Origin: Calditrichia bacterium
Lineage (GTDB): Bacteria > Calditrichota > Calditrichia > JAJRVZ01
Assembly (NCBI GenBank): GCA_963777955.1
Contig: CAVZSQ010000019.1
Span: forward strand, 1-64,000
Reading direction: 5' to 3'
Length of the DNA stretch: 64,000 bases
In this document: positions 10,672-19,354 of the stretch, one piece after another
Numbering within the stretch: position 1 is the stretch's first letter
How the letters are laid out: every line of letters begins with the position of its first letter
Program-made: the position numbers and the translations under genes
Notes under the pieces: generated by a model
The model's input: the letters and a program-made list of their open reading frames with translations, nothing else
The model's database searches: none
What the model was told of the DNA's origin: nothing

Positions 10672-11852
10672 ATGCCGGAGCATAAATATCTCATAATCGG
10701 CGGAGGGATGACGGCCGATGCTGCTGCCAAAGGTATCCTGCAAACAGATAAATCCCATAAGATTGGAATGATCAGCAGCGATAAGCAACCACCGTATAAT
10801 AGCCCGGCCTTATCAAAAGCACTATGGAAAGGTGAACCGTTAGATTCAATCTGGCGCAACACCCCCAAAGAACATGTCGATATTTACCTGGGGCGTCTGG
10901 CCAAAAGTGTCGATGTGCAGCAAGAGGGTTGTAGTCGATGATAAAGGGGAATCTTATTCATATGATAAACTATTACTGGCCACCGGTGGAACCGTAAGAC
11001 GACTGCCTTATGAAATAAGCGGAATAATCTATTTCCGGACTCTGGATGATTATCAGAAACTGAGGACAGTTGACCGAACAGGGACAAAATTTTCTGGTGA
11101 TCGGCGGGGGATTTATCGGTTCAGAAATCGCAGCTGCGCTGTCGCTGAACCATAAATCGGTCACGATGATTTTCCCGGAAGATTATATCGGCTCACGGAT
11201 TTACCCCAAGGATCTTGCTCAATTTCTGAATACATTTTATCAGTCGAAAGGGGTTGAAGTTTTGGCCAGGGATAGTGTGGCTACTATTGAAAAACAACAT
11301 CCGCAGTATCTGGTTAAAACGGCCAGTGGACGCGATATAAAGGTAGACGGGATTATTGCCGGTATCGGCATTAAGCCGGATGTTCGATTTGCCCAATCGG
11401 CCGGATTGAAGATTGATAACGGAATTGTTGTCGACGAGTTTCTGCAAACCTCCCATCCGGATATTTATGCGGCAGGTGACGTGGCTAATTTTTATAATCC
11501 GGCATTGAATAAAAGAATGCGGGTGGAACATGAGGACAATTCAATCAGTATGGGTGAGATTGCCGGCCGGAACATGGCCGGGGAGACTGTCCCCTATAAT
11601 CATCTGCCATTTTTTTATTCCGACATGTTCGAGTTAGGGTACGAAGCAGTCGGTGAACTGGATTTACACCATGAGATAGTGGCTGACTGGAAAGAACAAT
11701 TCCGCGAAGGGGTGCTTTACTATTTGAGCAATGGGCGGGTACGGGGTGTATTATTGTGGAATACCTGGGGACAGGTGGATGCAGCGAGGAAACTTATTAT
11801 CGACAAAGGTCCATTCAATGCTCAAAATATCAGGGGCCGCTTACCGGTGTGA
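10672..11852 (+). CDS. NAD(P)/FAD-dependent oxidoreductase (ferredoxin-reductase type); two frameshifts
   Basis: IIGGG, PPY..PALSK, YDKLLLATG, VIGGGFIGSE, IYAAGDVA, PFFYSD across three ORFs. Confidence 0.9.
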
Positions 11853-11855
11853 TCA

Positions 11856-11947
11856 AGGCACTAAGGCACTGAGCAAAAAAAATCTTAGTGCATTATACGT
11901 AGTGCCCAACTGCCTTTTTTAACCTTTACCCTTTATCCTTTTCCCTT
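11856..11947. repeat. Short inverted 8-bp array plus 7-bp pyrimidine array
   Basis: AAGGCACTAAGGCACTGAG...CTTAGTGC, then CCTTTAC/CCTTTAT/CCTTTTC. Confidence 0.65.
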
Positions 11948-12290
11948 TTTTTTAACGAGCGCTCCACCTGCTCCCTGGTCACTATCACCACCGAGGGAAG
12001 AATTATAGCAGCCATTTTAATGATAGCCGGGGTGGGTTTGTTTGGTATCTTTAAATTTTCTTGCGATTGACCGGCTTTGTTTTTACTTTAATCCCGAGGG
12101 TTATCCTAATATATTTTCCAAGCATTTATTGAATTTAATGAAGAAGAGCAACTGCTCTATCCCAGTTTTCAATTAATAATGCCGGTTTAATACTTAAGTG
12201 TAGCGATTAAAGCAATTAACGACTCAATTTGTAAGTGTAAATATGACCGGGTTTAGCAGAAACGAAGAAACCTAAAAAGGAGAAGCGAAA

Positions 12291-12662
12291 ATGTTTTGCA
12301 GAAATTGTGGTAAAGAAGTGGCTGCGCAGGCGGTAATGTGCGTTTCCTGTGGGGTTCCCCCTAAAAATGGGAAAAAGTTTTGCCAGAACTGCGGAGCAGA
12401 AACACCTGCTGTTGCAGAAATGTGCACAAAATGCGGGGTCAGGCTGACTTCGGGTGAAGGTAAAGACTGGTTAACAACACTCTTACTCTGTTTTTTCCTG
12501 GGCGTCTTTGGTGTTCACCGTTTTTACACCGGGCACACCGCCATTGGAGTCGCTCAGATTTTGACGCTGGGTGGGTGCGGAATATGGGCTTTAGTAGACC
12601 TGATTATGATTATCGTAGGTTCTTTCAAAGACAGCAATGGTCAGCTCCTGGTCAGAAATTAA
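12291..12662 (+). CDS. Double zinc-ribbon plus TM2-domain membrane protein
   Basis: FCRNCG..CVSCG..FCQNCG..CTKCG; LLCFFLGVFGVHRFYTG...IWALVDLI. Confidence 0.9.
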   Translation: MFCRNCGKEVAAQAVMCVSCGVPPKNGKKFCQNCGAETPAVAEMCTKCGVRLTSGEGKDWLTTLLLCFFLGVFGVHRFYTGHTAIGVAQILTLGGCGIWALVDLIMIIVGSFKDSNGQLLVRN

Positions 12663-12668
12663 TATACC

Positions 12669-12986
12669 ATGATCAAGGATTTGCTGCCATTGATAGGCAA
12701 GTTGGGACTATATTTAATACTAATAGTCACTTTGCTTATAGTCCCGACTTCTTTTTTTAATTCAGGATATCCCCCTTGCCTGATTAAAAGCGTCACTGGT
12801 CTTGAATGTCCCGGCTGCGGCATGACCAGGGCGATATCCAGTATTTTTCATGGCGATATTGCCGGGGCCTTTCACTTTAACAAGCTGATTATAGTTGTGT
12901 TCCCTCTGCTTGCTTATATCGGTATAAAAAAAATAATCGGCGACCTCGGTCAGATACCATTAGTGAAAAATCGCTCCAAAATCTAA
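12669..12986 (+). CDS. DUF2752-family membrane protein
   Basis: CLIKSVTGLECPGCGMTRA..HGD..GAFHFN; usual partner of TM2 genes. Confidence 0.88.
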   Translation: MIKDLLPLIGKLGLYLILIVTLLIVPTSFFNSGYPPCLIKSVTGLECPGCGMTRAISSIFHGDIAGAFHFNKLIIVVFPLLAYIGIKKIIGDLGQIPLVKNRSKI

Positions 12987-13180
12987 TTATTAATCTTTGT
13001 TTGAGCCATGTAATTCCTTACCTGGAAATTTAAATCCCTAAAATATACTTCAAATGCCTAAAACCAGATTATAAATCACCGATTGATGCAATTAACCGGC
13101 TGCATAATTCGCCACCGTTTATACCATTAGTCATAATTACAATACCGGAACTATCCAGCAGGTCAAATTGCGAGTAACAG

Positions 13181-13345
13181 GATTGGCCACCCAGGTCTCC
13201 ACCATCGTTTTGATATTAAATGATTTCCAGCCGTAGGGTAAAATGACCCACCCCCTGCCCCTCCCTATAGGCCAGGAGGCCTATAGGGAGGGGTTTGGGG
13301 AGGGTCACTTGATCCAGCTGCCCGAGGAACCGCCATAACCGTAAT
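13181..13345 (-). pseudogene. DNRLRE-domain fragment (copy 3) interrupted by a palindrome
   Basis: Minus strand YGYGGSSGSWIK | palindrome | LPYGWKSFNIKTMVETWVANP. Near-identical to 14888-15013 and 18519-18544. Confidence 0.75.
13244..13307. repeat. ~64-bp palindrome (TGACCC...CCCCTCCC-stem-GGGAGGGG...GGGTCA), copy A
   Basis: Perfect core CCCCTCCCTATAGGCC-AGGA-GGCCTATAGGGAGGGG. Confidence 0.92.
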
Positions 13346-13415
13346 AATATACCTTCAAATTGGCTGAATGAATAAAAGAATTTGCGGGAATATGTGTGGA
13401 TGTTGTTTTTTAGAT

Positions 13416-13763
13416 CTAATGAATTTCCATGATTAATTTTTGTAAACGATTCTTCAATAACGGTAGATCTTCTTGAATTGTCTTCCAGATGACTTCTGCC
13501 TGTACACCAAAATATTCATGAATCAATTTATTCCTCATACCTGATATTTCTTTCCATGGTATTTCCGGGTGCTTCTTTTTAAATTCAACAGGAATCTTAT
13601 TTGATGCTTCTCCGATCACTTCTAAACATCTGATTACAGCTAAAAAAGTCTTCTCATCTTTCATAAAAAAATCAAACTTCATTTCCTGGGTGAATTCAAA
13701 TATTTTCTTGGTGCTTTCCAGCATATCGTTCAAATAATCAATGTAAACAAAACCGGATTTCAT
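13416..13763 (-). CDS. HepT-like HEPN RNase toxin (DUF86)
   Basis: AVIRCLEVIGEA..IPWKEISGMRNKLIHEYF (R-X4-H-X-Y). Confidence 0.93.
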   Translation of the reverse strand: MKSGFVYIDYLNDMLESTKKIFEFTQEMKFDFFMKDEKTFLAVIRCLEVIGEASNKIPVEFKKKHPEIPWKEISGMRNKLIHEYFGVQAEVIWKTIQEDLPLLKNRLQKLIMEIH

Positions 13764-14062
13764 ACAGATTGCGCTTCGTTAATAATTTTTTCTTTCAAAT
13801 TAGGTTTCAGGGCATCTTTCATCACCAGGTCCACCTTGACGCCCAGTAATTCTGACAAATAATTCTCCAATCTGACGAATTTAAACAAGGACGGGGATTC
13901 AGTGAATGTCACCAATAAATCCAGATCACTGTGATTTTTCTGTTCTTTTCTTACATAGGAACCAAATAGTTCTAAGGAATTCACCTTGAACTGATCCCGC
14001 AATAAAGGCATATTTTGCTGCAGCTTATCATGAATAAATTTTAAATTAGTTTTCATGGTCAT
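13760..14062 (-). CDS. MNT minimal nucleotidyltransferase antitoxin
   Basis: FGSYVR..SDLDLLV..KVDLV; overlaps the HEPN gene by 4 bp. Confidence 0.93.
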   Translation of the reverse strand: MTMKTNLKFIHDKLQQNMPLLRDQFKVNSLELFGSYVRKEQKNHSDLDLLVTFTESPSLFKFVRLENYLSELLGVKVDLVMKDALKPNLKEKIINEAQSV

Positions 14063-14299
14063 TTAGATAGATTTTTTTCCTCCTGTATTTAAAATAAACA
14101 TTCTGTTATTTTAAATCAATAAAACATCCTAGATCGAATAAAATTATCGTTATTGAGCTTTAAAGTAACTGAGAACGTAGATAGAGAAAAACAAAATGGC
14201 AAAAAGGGTAAAGGGGTAAAATGGAGCATGAAGGCTCTGATGCCTCGGCCATTCTGTACTGCCAGATCCATTACTCTGAAATGGTTAAAGTAAATATCA

Positions 14300-15100
14300 C
14301 TCATACCTGTTGGTGATGAAGAAAAAGATGGGGTTATTCGACAGACATAAAAAATGAATATTCTACCCAGGGTGGGGAATTTTAGATTCCGTTTTTTGGG
14401 GAAAAGTAAATTCCGTTTGACACCAATCCCCGGATCACCTGCTGATGGCAGGTCTCCGTGCCAAAAAACGGGACTCCGATAATACTTGGCCCCAAAATAG
14501 TACCAGTCCAAATCATTCTCCTCATCCAATTTCTGCCGGTAGGCAGATCTCTGTCCCGACGCCTGTCTTTAGCCAGGTCGTTCCGATCGGGACTACGACT
14601 TTACTGCTGTATTTGTAGAGAGTTTTATCCAGAGCATTCTTATATGTTCTCTGCGGCATCTGCCCCGATAAATCGGGATTTCCGTCTCGGCAAAGCCGGG
14701 ACTCCAACAATCCAAAGGGATAATAATCGTCATAAGCCTGAACAACACCATTTGCATCGCGGGTATAATAAACCTCCAGGTAAGGACGGTAGGATGCATC
14801 AGTGTACTCTGAACTGCGCATACGCACATCGCAGCCGTCGGTATTTTCATTGGTCGCCTTTAGCAGCACGCCATAATTTGATCGAGGGATTGGCCACCCA
14901 GGTCTCCACCATGGTTTTGATATTAAATGATTTCCAGCCGTAGGGTAAAATGACCCACCCCCGCCCCTCCCTATAGGCCAGGAGGCCTATAGGGAGGGGT
15001 GTGGGGAGGGTCATCAGTCCCCCTCAGCCCATTGTCCCGTCCAGTTTACAGTGCTGGTTGCTTTTATATAGGTGGCCTGCGACTCCAGCCAGTACCTGAT
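14300..15100 (-). pseudogene. Degenerate DNRLRE plus Rhs-core fragment (copy 2) with palindromic insertions
   Basis: RYWLESQATYIKATSTVNWTGQWAEGD | palindrome | YGWKSFNIKTMVETWVANP..MRSSEY..PYLEV..DYYPFG..YKYSSK..ELDEENDLDWYYFGAKYY..DPGIG. Confidence 0.85.
14951..15013. repeat. ~64-bp palindrome, copy B
   Basis: Nearly identical to 13244-13307. Confidence 0.92.
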
Positions 15101-15252
15101 TGATTAATATAAATAAACCCGGTGATTATCCAGGCACAGTATGTTTGAATATCTATTGATAATATACCATTAAATTTAAGAATTTCATTTATTAAATATT
15201 TGTTCATATTAACCAAAAAAATGATTAAATTTTTTTTAAAACAGAATGTACA

Positions 15253-15549
15253 ATGACCATCTCAGATATAAAAAAAATCCTTAAGGATCAAAAGCCATTT
15301 TTATCCAAAAAATATGGTATTAAAGAGATAGGTATATTTGGATCTTATGTTCGGAACAGCCAGCATTCAAAAAGCGATCTGGATATTTTAGTTGACTTGG
15401 AAGTTATTCCTGATTTCAGTCTGCTGGATCTACTTGAATTAGAACAATATTTAAGTGAAAAAACAGGACTAAAAGTTGATCTTGCCGTCAAAATAAATCT
15501 GCGAAAAAGAATTGGCCGGCGGATATTGGCTGAGGTACAATATATTTAA
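15253..15549 (+). CDS. MNT nucleotidyltransferase antitoxin
   Basis: IGIFGSYVR..SDLDILVD..KVDLA. Confidence 0.93.
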   Translation: MTISDIKKILKDQKPFLSKKYGIKEIGIFGSYVRNSQHSKSDLDILVDLEVIPDFSLLDLLELEQYLSEKTGLKVDLAVKINLRKRIGRRILAEVQYI

Positions 15550-15896
15550 TGCGTGAATTTCTTGATTACCTGGATGATATTTTGGATGCGATGAACAAGG
15601 CGGAACAGTTCACTTCAGGTTTAACGTTTGAACAATTTGAGCAGGATGACAAGATTAATTTTGCCACAGTTCGAGCTCTGGAGATAATTGGTGAGGCAGT
15701 CAGAAGAATTCCGGAGAAAATAAAAGAGGAATATCCTAAGATACCCTGGAAAAATATTGCCGGTATGCGTGACCGGATTATTCACGGGTATGATACGGTC
15801 AATTTGCTGATGGTTTGGAATGTTATAAAAAACGATATCCCTGATTTAAGATTACTAATTCAACAAATTCTTAACGATTATACTAAGATAGAATAA
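15549..15896 (+). CDS. HepT-like HEPN RNase toxin (DUF86)
   Basis: YLDDILDA..VRALEIIGEA..IPWKNIAGMRDRIIHGY; TAATG stop/start coupling with the MNT gene. Confidence 0.93.
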   Translation: MREFLDYLDDILDAMNKAEQFTSGLTFEQFEQDDKINFATVRALEIIGEAVRRIPEKIKEEYPKIPWKNIAGMRDRIIHGYDTVNLLMVWNVIKNDIPDLRLLIQQILNDYTKIE

Positions 15897-16179
15897 TGTC
15901 ATTTCCTGATACTTACTAGCCATGTATCTGGAATTTGGGAATTTCGCCAACCGCTGGATCTGGTGATATTCTGTACTTTGCCTGGGATCTTCTCTGCTAC
16001 ACAATTAGTCCAATATATTTGACTCTAAAACGGCTCTAATTTAAATATTCTCCTTTCTCCGTTCATATAATCAGGAGAACTCCAATTTCAAACCGTCCAG
16101 TTTTCAGGGAGAAGGTCATTTACACTATCTTAAATTTAAAATGCCATATGTTCTGATCTACTAATTATTACTATTTTTA

Positions 16180-16533
16180 TCAAAAATTAATAATTATTAT
16201 TAATGACAACAAAAAGAAGAAACACATTATAAGAAATAAAAGAGAAAACCAAGCTAAAAACCAAGGGATAACAGTAATAAAAATAAATAGAATTAATTTA
16301 TTATCACATTTCTTTTGTGCAATTGAATTTTTTAAAAATCGATAATGATATTTTAGCAATTTAATAAATCTTTGCGATGTATAGGGAGTATAAATGAAAT
16401 CCGAAAATGTTAAATTTTGATTTAATTTTTTTAATATATATTTTTCCCAAAAAAAACAGGACACTCCACCCATAAGAGATCCGATCATAAAAACCAATAC
16501 CAGTATTCCTAATATTTGCGGAATAATTTCCAA
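16180..16533 (-). CDS. Putative immunity protein (two TM helices) for the upstream Rhs toxin
   Basis: Very AT-rich, directly downstream of the Rhs C-terminus, hydrophobic N- and C-terminal segments. Confidence 0.6.
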   Translation of the reverse strand: MEIIPQILGILVLVFMIGSLMGGVSCFFWEKYILKKLNQNLTFSDFIYTPYTSQRFIKLLKYHYRFLKNSIAQKKCDNKLILFIFITVIPWFLAWFSLLFLIMCFFFLLSLIIIINF

Positions 16534-16567
16534 AAATTAAATTTCCTCTATGAAAATATAAAATGTA

Positions 16568-17842
16568 TTAAGGATTTTCAGCACTCCATGGATTATATTC
16601 TTTTCCATTAATATAAACTTGATATCCTCGTTCGTAATAATTTCTAGCTGCACTTGCAGCTTCACCTTCACCATTTACATAGATAGTTTGACCAGGTGTT
16701 AATCCGGAGTTGCTGCCATTCTTTTCATTAATTGTACTTATAATTAAACAAATAAATTCAAAAACAGGCATTTTGTTGATTTCAGCAAACATATTTAGTA
16801 TAGGATCTTCAAGTAAATTGGTATCACCCTTTTTTAATAATTCAAAAATGTTAAATTTACCTAATTGAATCGTATACGCATATTCAGCGTATCCTCCAAT
16901 ACAAGGATAAGATCCAAAAGACGATGAAGCAGAAAAGCCACAAAATGTAAACCCAGGACCAACTGTTACTCCCCAATTCTTCAGTTTGAAATTTGGTAAG
17001 TTTCCTTCTATAGATATGGGAGCAGATGCAAATCCTACGTTTAATGCACTTTGAAGTAAATCTGATGGATTATTAAGATTGGAGAAAAAACTTCCTGAAA
17101 AGCCACAAAAAATACCAGCACCCAGGGAGAAACCAATTGAAGCTGATGAATACATTAAAATATCACCATTTCCATTAAAAGCACAACCAGTAGCTGTTGA
17201 AACTGTCATACCTATTGAATATGCAAATAAAGGGATTATGTATCTAGCTTCATTTTGTAGACTAAACACCCATAATCCATTGGGATCAAACGCCATAATT
17301 GGATTATTCTGACAATAAACATAAGGACTTACTGAAGGATATTTTTCGACTAATGGATCCACACTCAACCACCTCCCAATCTTCGCATCATAATACCTGG
17401 CTCCGAAATAATCATACCCAGTCTCATCATCCCGCTCCTTGCTGGTGAACTTATAGCGGGCATCGGCGTTGGCGACCAGATTCCTTCCCTCCATCTGCAT
17501 CCCAAAGGGATAAAAATCATTATAACTGTCAACTGCACCAGTTATTGTCAGGGTCATGCGATTACTGCCCAGATGATCCTTTAAATAATAATTCCTGGCC
17601 ACGATACGGGAATAAGTTACCTCTAAATACGGACAGTAAGTGGTATCCGAGAACTCTGAACTTCGCATGCGAACGTCGCAACCATCCACATCTTCATTGG
17701 TCGCCTTCATGATTACACCAAAATTGGAATCGGGTTTCGATACCCATTTCTCTGCCATCGACTTTTTCTGACCCACCCCCTGCCCCTCCCTGTTCGTCAA
17801 GAGACGAACAGGGAGGGGTGCGGGGAGGGGGTCATTCGACAA
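16568..17842 (-). CDS. Orphan Rhs cassette: partial DNRLRE domain, Rhs core, unknown C-terminal toxin
   Basis: YYLKDHLGSNR, DFYPFG, YKFTSKERDDETGYDYFGARYYDAKIGRWLSVDPL..SPYVYCQNNPIMAFDPNG. The first ~25 aa of the ORF are the translated palindrome; ATG near 17758 is an alternative start. Confidence 0.9.
   Translation of the reverse strand: MSNDPLPAPLPVRLLTNREGQGVGQKKSMAEKWVSKPDSNFGVIMKATNEDVDGCDVRMRSSEFSDTTYCPYLEVTYSRIVARNYYLKDHLGSNRMTLTITGAVDSYNDFYPFGMQMEGRNLVANADARYKFTSKERDDETGYDYFGARYYDAKIGRWLSVDPLVEKYPSVSPYVYCQNNPIMAFDPNGLWVFSLQNEARYIIPLFAYSIGMTVSTATGCAFNGNGDILMYSSASIGFSLGAGIFCGFSGSFFSNLNNPSDLLQSALNVGFASAPISIEGNLPNFKLKNWGVTVGPGFTFCGFSASSSFGSYPCIGGYAEYAYTIQLGKFNIFELLKKGDTNLLEDPILNMFAEINKMPVFEFICLIISTINEKNGSNSGLTPGQTIYVNGEGEAASAARNYYERGYQVYINGKEYNPWSAENP
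17769..17834. repeat. ~64-bp palindrome, copy C (downstream flank of DUF559)
   Basis: CCCCTCCCTGTTCGTC-AAGA-GACGAACAGGGAGGGG; its terminal TCA is the DUF559 stop codon. Confidence 0.9.
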
Positions 17843-18206
17843 TTACTAATTTCTGCAACCTCGTTAAAACTGCATCTATATCTTTCATAATTTCTTCATT
17901 TGTAAAACGAATTACTTGTATATCATGCTGGTTCGCTAACAGTTCATTTCTAATATGATCATAATCTACCTCCTGTTTATGATGCCCGCCATCAATTTCT
18001 ATTATCAGTTTCAATCTGCGGCAATAAAAATCGGCGATAAAATACTTCTCCTGTTCTCCATATTTGTAAAAAAGTGGATGTTGTCTCAAAAACTTATGGT
18101 TCTTAAATCTATTATTTCGAATTGCCTGCCATAACATTGCTTCGGCCGGTGTTTGATGTTTCCGCATTTCACGGGCTAAAAATATGGCGGTTTGCTTTGT
18201 AGTCAT
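17832..18206 (-). CDS. DUF559 (Vsr-like) endonuclease-domain protein
   Basis: AREMRKHQTPAEAMLWQAIR..KFLRQHP..FIADFYC..LIIEIDGGHH..VIRFTNEEI. Confidence 0.93.
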   Translation of the reverse strand: MTTKQTAIFLAREMRKHQTPAEAMLWQAIRNNRFKNHKFLRQHPLFYKYGEQEKYFIADFYCRRLKLIIEIDGGHHKQEVDYDHIRNELLANQHDIQVIRFTNEEIMKDIDAVLTRLQKLVIVE

Positions 18207-18209
18207 TTT

Positions 18210-18403
18210 TACCCTCCCCTGCCTCTCCCTGTAAGTCTTTCTGCCTGCCTGGCCTCAGACAAGACCTATACGGGGAGAAGAGGGGGGTCAGATTGATATT
18301 TTTTCATTTTCTTAGAGTCAAATATTGTGCCACATTAATCAACTCACTACCTACCCCTCCCTGTTCGCCTCCTGGCGAACAGGGAGGGGCCTGGGGAGGG
18401 TCA
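18210..18403. repeat. Palindrome copies D (18210-18290, with internal insertion) and E (about 18345-18403)
   Basis: ACCCTCCCCTGCCTCTCCC...GGGGAGAAGAGGGGGGTCA; CCCCTCCCTGTTCGCC-TCCT-GGCGAACAGGGAGGGG..GGGTCA. Confidence 0.85.
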
Positions 18404-18560
18404 TCAGTCCCCCTCAGCCCATTGCCCGGTCCAGTTTACACTGCTGGTCGCTTTAATATAGGTGGCTTGCGACTCCAGCCAGTACCTGGTCAATCGATAT
18501 GTATAAACCGTGCGATTAATCCAGCTGCCCGAGGAACCGCCATAGTCATAGCAAAATACA
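18404..18560 (-). pseudogene. Upstream half of DNRLRE-domain fragment (copy 1)
   Basis: YDYGGSSGSWINRTVYTYRLTRYWLESQATYIKATSSVNWTGQWAEGD; continues beyond the DUF559 cassette as SMAEKWVSKPDSNFGV. Confidence 0.8.
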
Positions 18561-18682
18561 TATTACAAAATTTATTAAGTATGCTGCAAAAATGAGACAA
18601 TAAAATTTGAGAATAAATATAAAATATGCTTAAAGAATCTGAGTAAATTTTACACAAGTGAGATAAAATTCATTCATCATGA

Positions 18683-18979
18683 TTATTTCCACTCATCAAT
18701 CTTCCAGTTACGTGCAGAATGCACAACGGCTGCAATTCGAATATATTCCCCTTTTATCTCAAACATAATCCGGTAAGAACCGTAAATAATTTCTCTGCAT
18801 TCTTCTTTATTGATTTCTTCAATGATCCTGCCACTGGTGGGAAATTCCTGCAATCGGTCTGTGGATTCAATAACTCTTTCTATAAAAAGTGCGGCGCGGT
18901 CTGCAGAATCTCTGGCGATGAAGGCAAAGATAGATTGAAGGTCTTCCAAGGACTGTGGCGACCAGATTACTTCAGCCAT
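18683..18979 (-). CDS. RelE/ParE-family toxin
   Basis: VIWSPQSLEDLQSIFAFIARDS..LQEFPTSGRII..REIIYGSYRIMF..AVVHSAR. Confidence 0.92.
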   Translation of the reverse strand: MAEVIWSPQSLEDLQSIFAFIARDSADRAALFIERVIESTDRLQEFPTSGRIIEEINKEECREIIYGSYRIMFEIKGEYIRIAAVVHSARNWKIDEWK

Positions 18980-19149
18980 TTTTTCATTAGTTCTTTTGCT
19001 TTTTCGTGTGGAATTCCTCTCCCTTCATCTATCTCTTTCAGGCCACGATCAAATTTTGATTTGATATAAAGAGCATGAATAATTTCGTCAAGATTTGCTT
19101 CTTCGGGTAAAGAATCAATTACTTTTTTGGCCACCTCTTTTACGGTCAT
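18967..19149 (-). CDS. Antitoxin of the RelE/ParE toxin
   Basis: 60 aa overlapping the toxin start: VIDSLPEEANLDEII..GLKEIDEGRGIPHE..MKKW. Confidence 0.88.
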   Translation of the reverse strand: MTVKEVAKKVIDSLPEEANLDEIIHALYIKSKFDRGLKEIDEGRGIPHEKAKELMKKWLK

Positions 19150-19354
19150 TAAAATACTCCTGTATTTACAGGTATAATATAATATTTAATCTTTTCAATC
19201 CAAGAAATATCTTCCATACTTGGATAAAAGGAAGTTTGTACTATGAGTACCAACTATGCCCTGCCCAGCTCACGCCACGATTTCTCTCGGGTCAAGGAAC
19301 CTACCAATATTTTTCTTTTGTCTTTTATTCTTTAATCTTTTGTCTTATTTCTAG

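Noticed and set aside
13000..13180. att-site duplication of the selC 3' end marking the islet boundary
   Set aside because: I could not find a second copy of the tRNA 3' sequence by eye.
14116..14529. 137-aa ORF as a real gene (also ORFs 14458-14943, 18293-18595 and 5541-5759)
   Set aside because: These are read-throughs of pseudogene or repeat DNA.
15900..16100. Additional decayed Rhs-core remnants (DPAVG..MASKY here; IGRFLDP near 19280)
   Set aside because: Matches are too short to support a feature call.
13244..18403. Palindromes as CRISPR repeats or integron attC sites
   Set aside because: Spacing is irregular and kb-scale, there are no cas or integrase genes, and no RYYYAAC/GTTRRRY ends.
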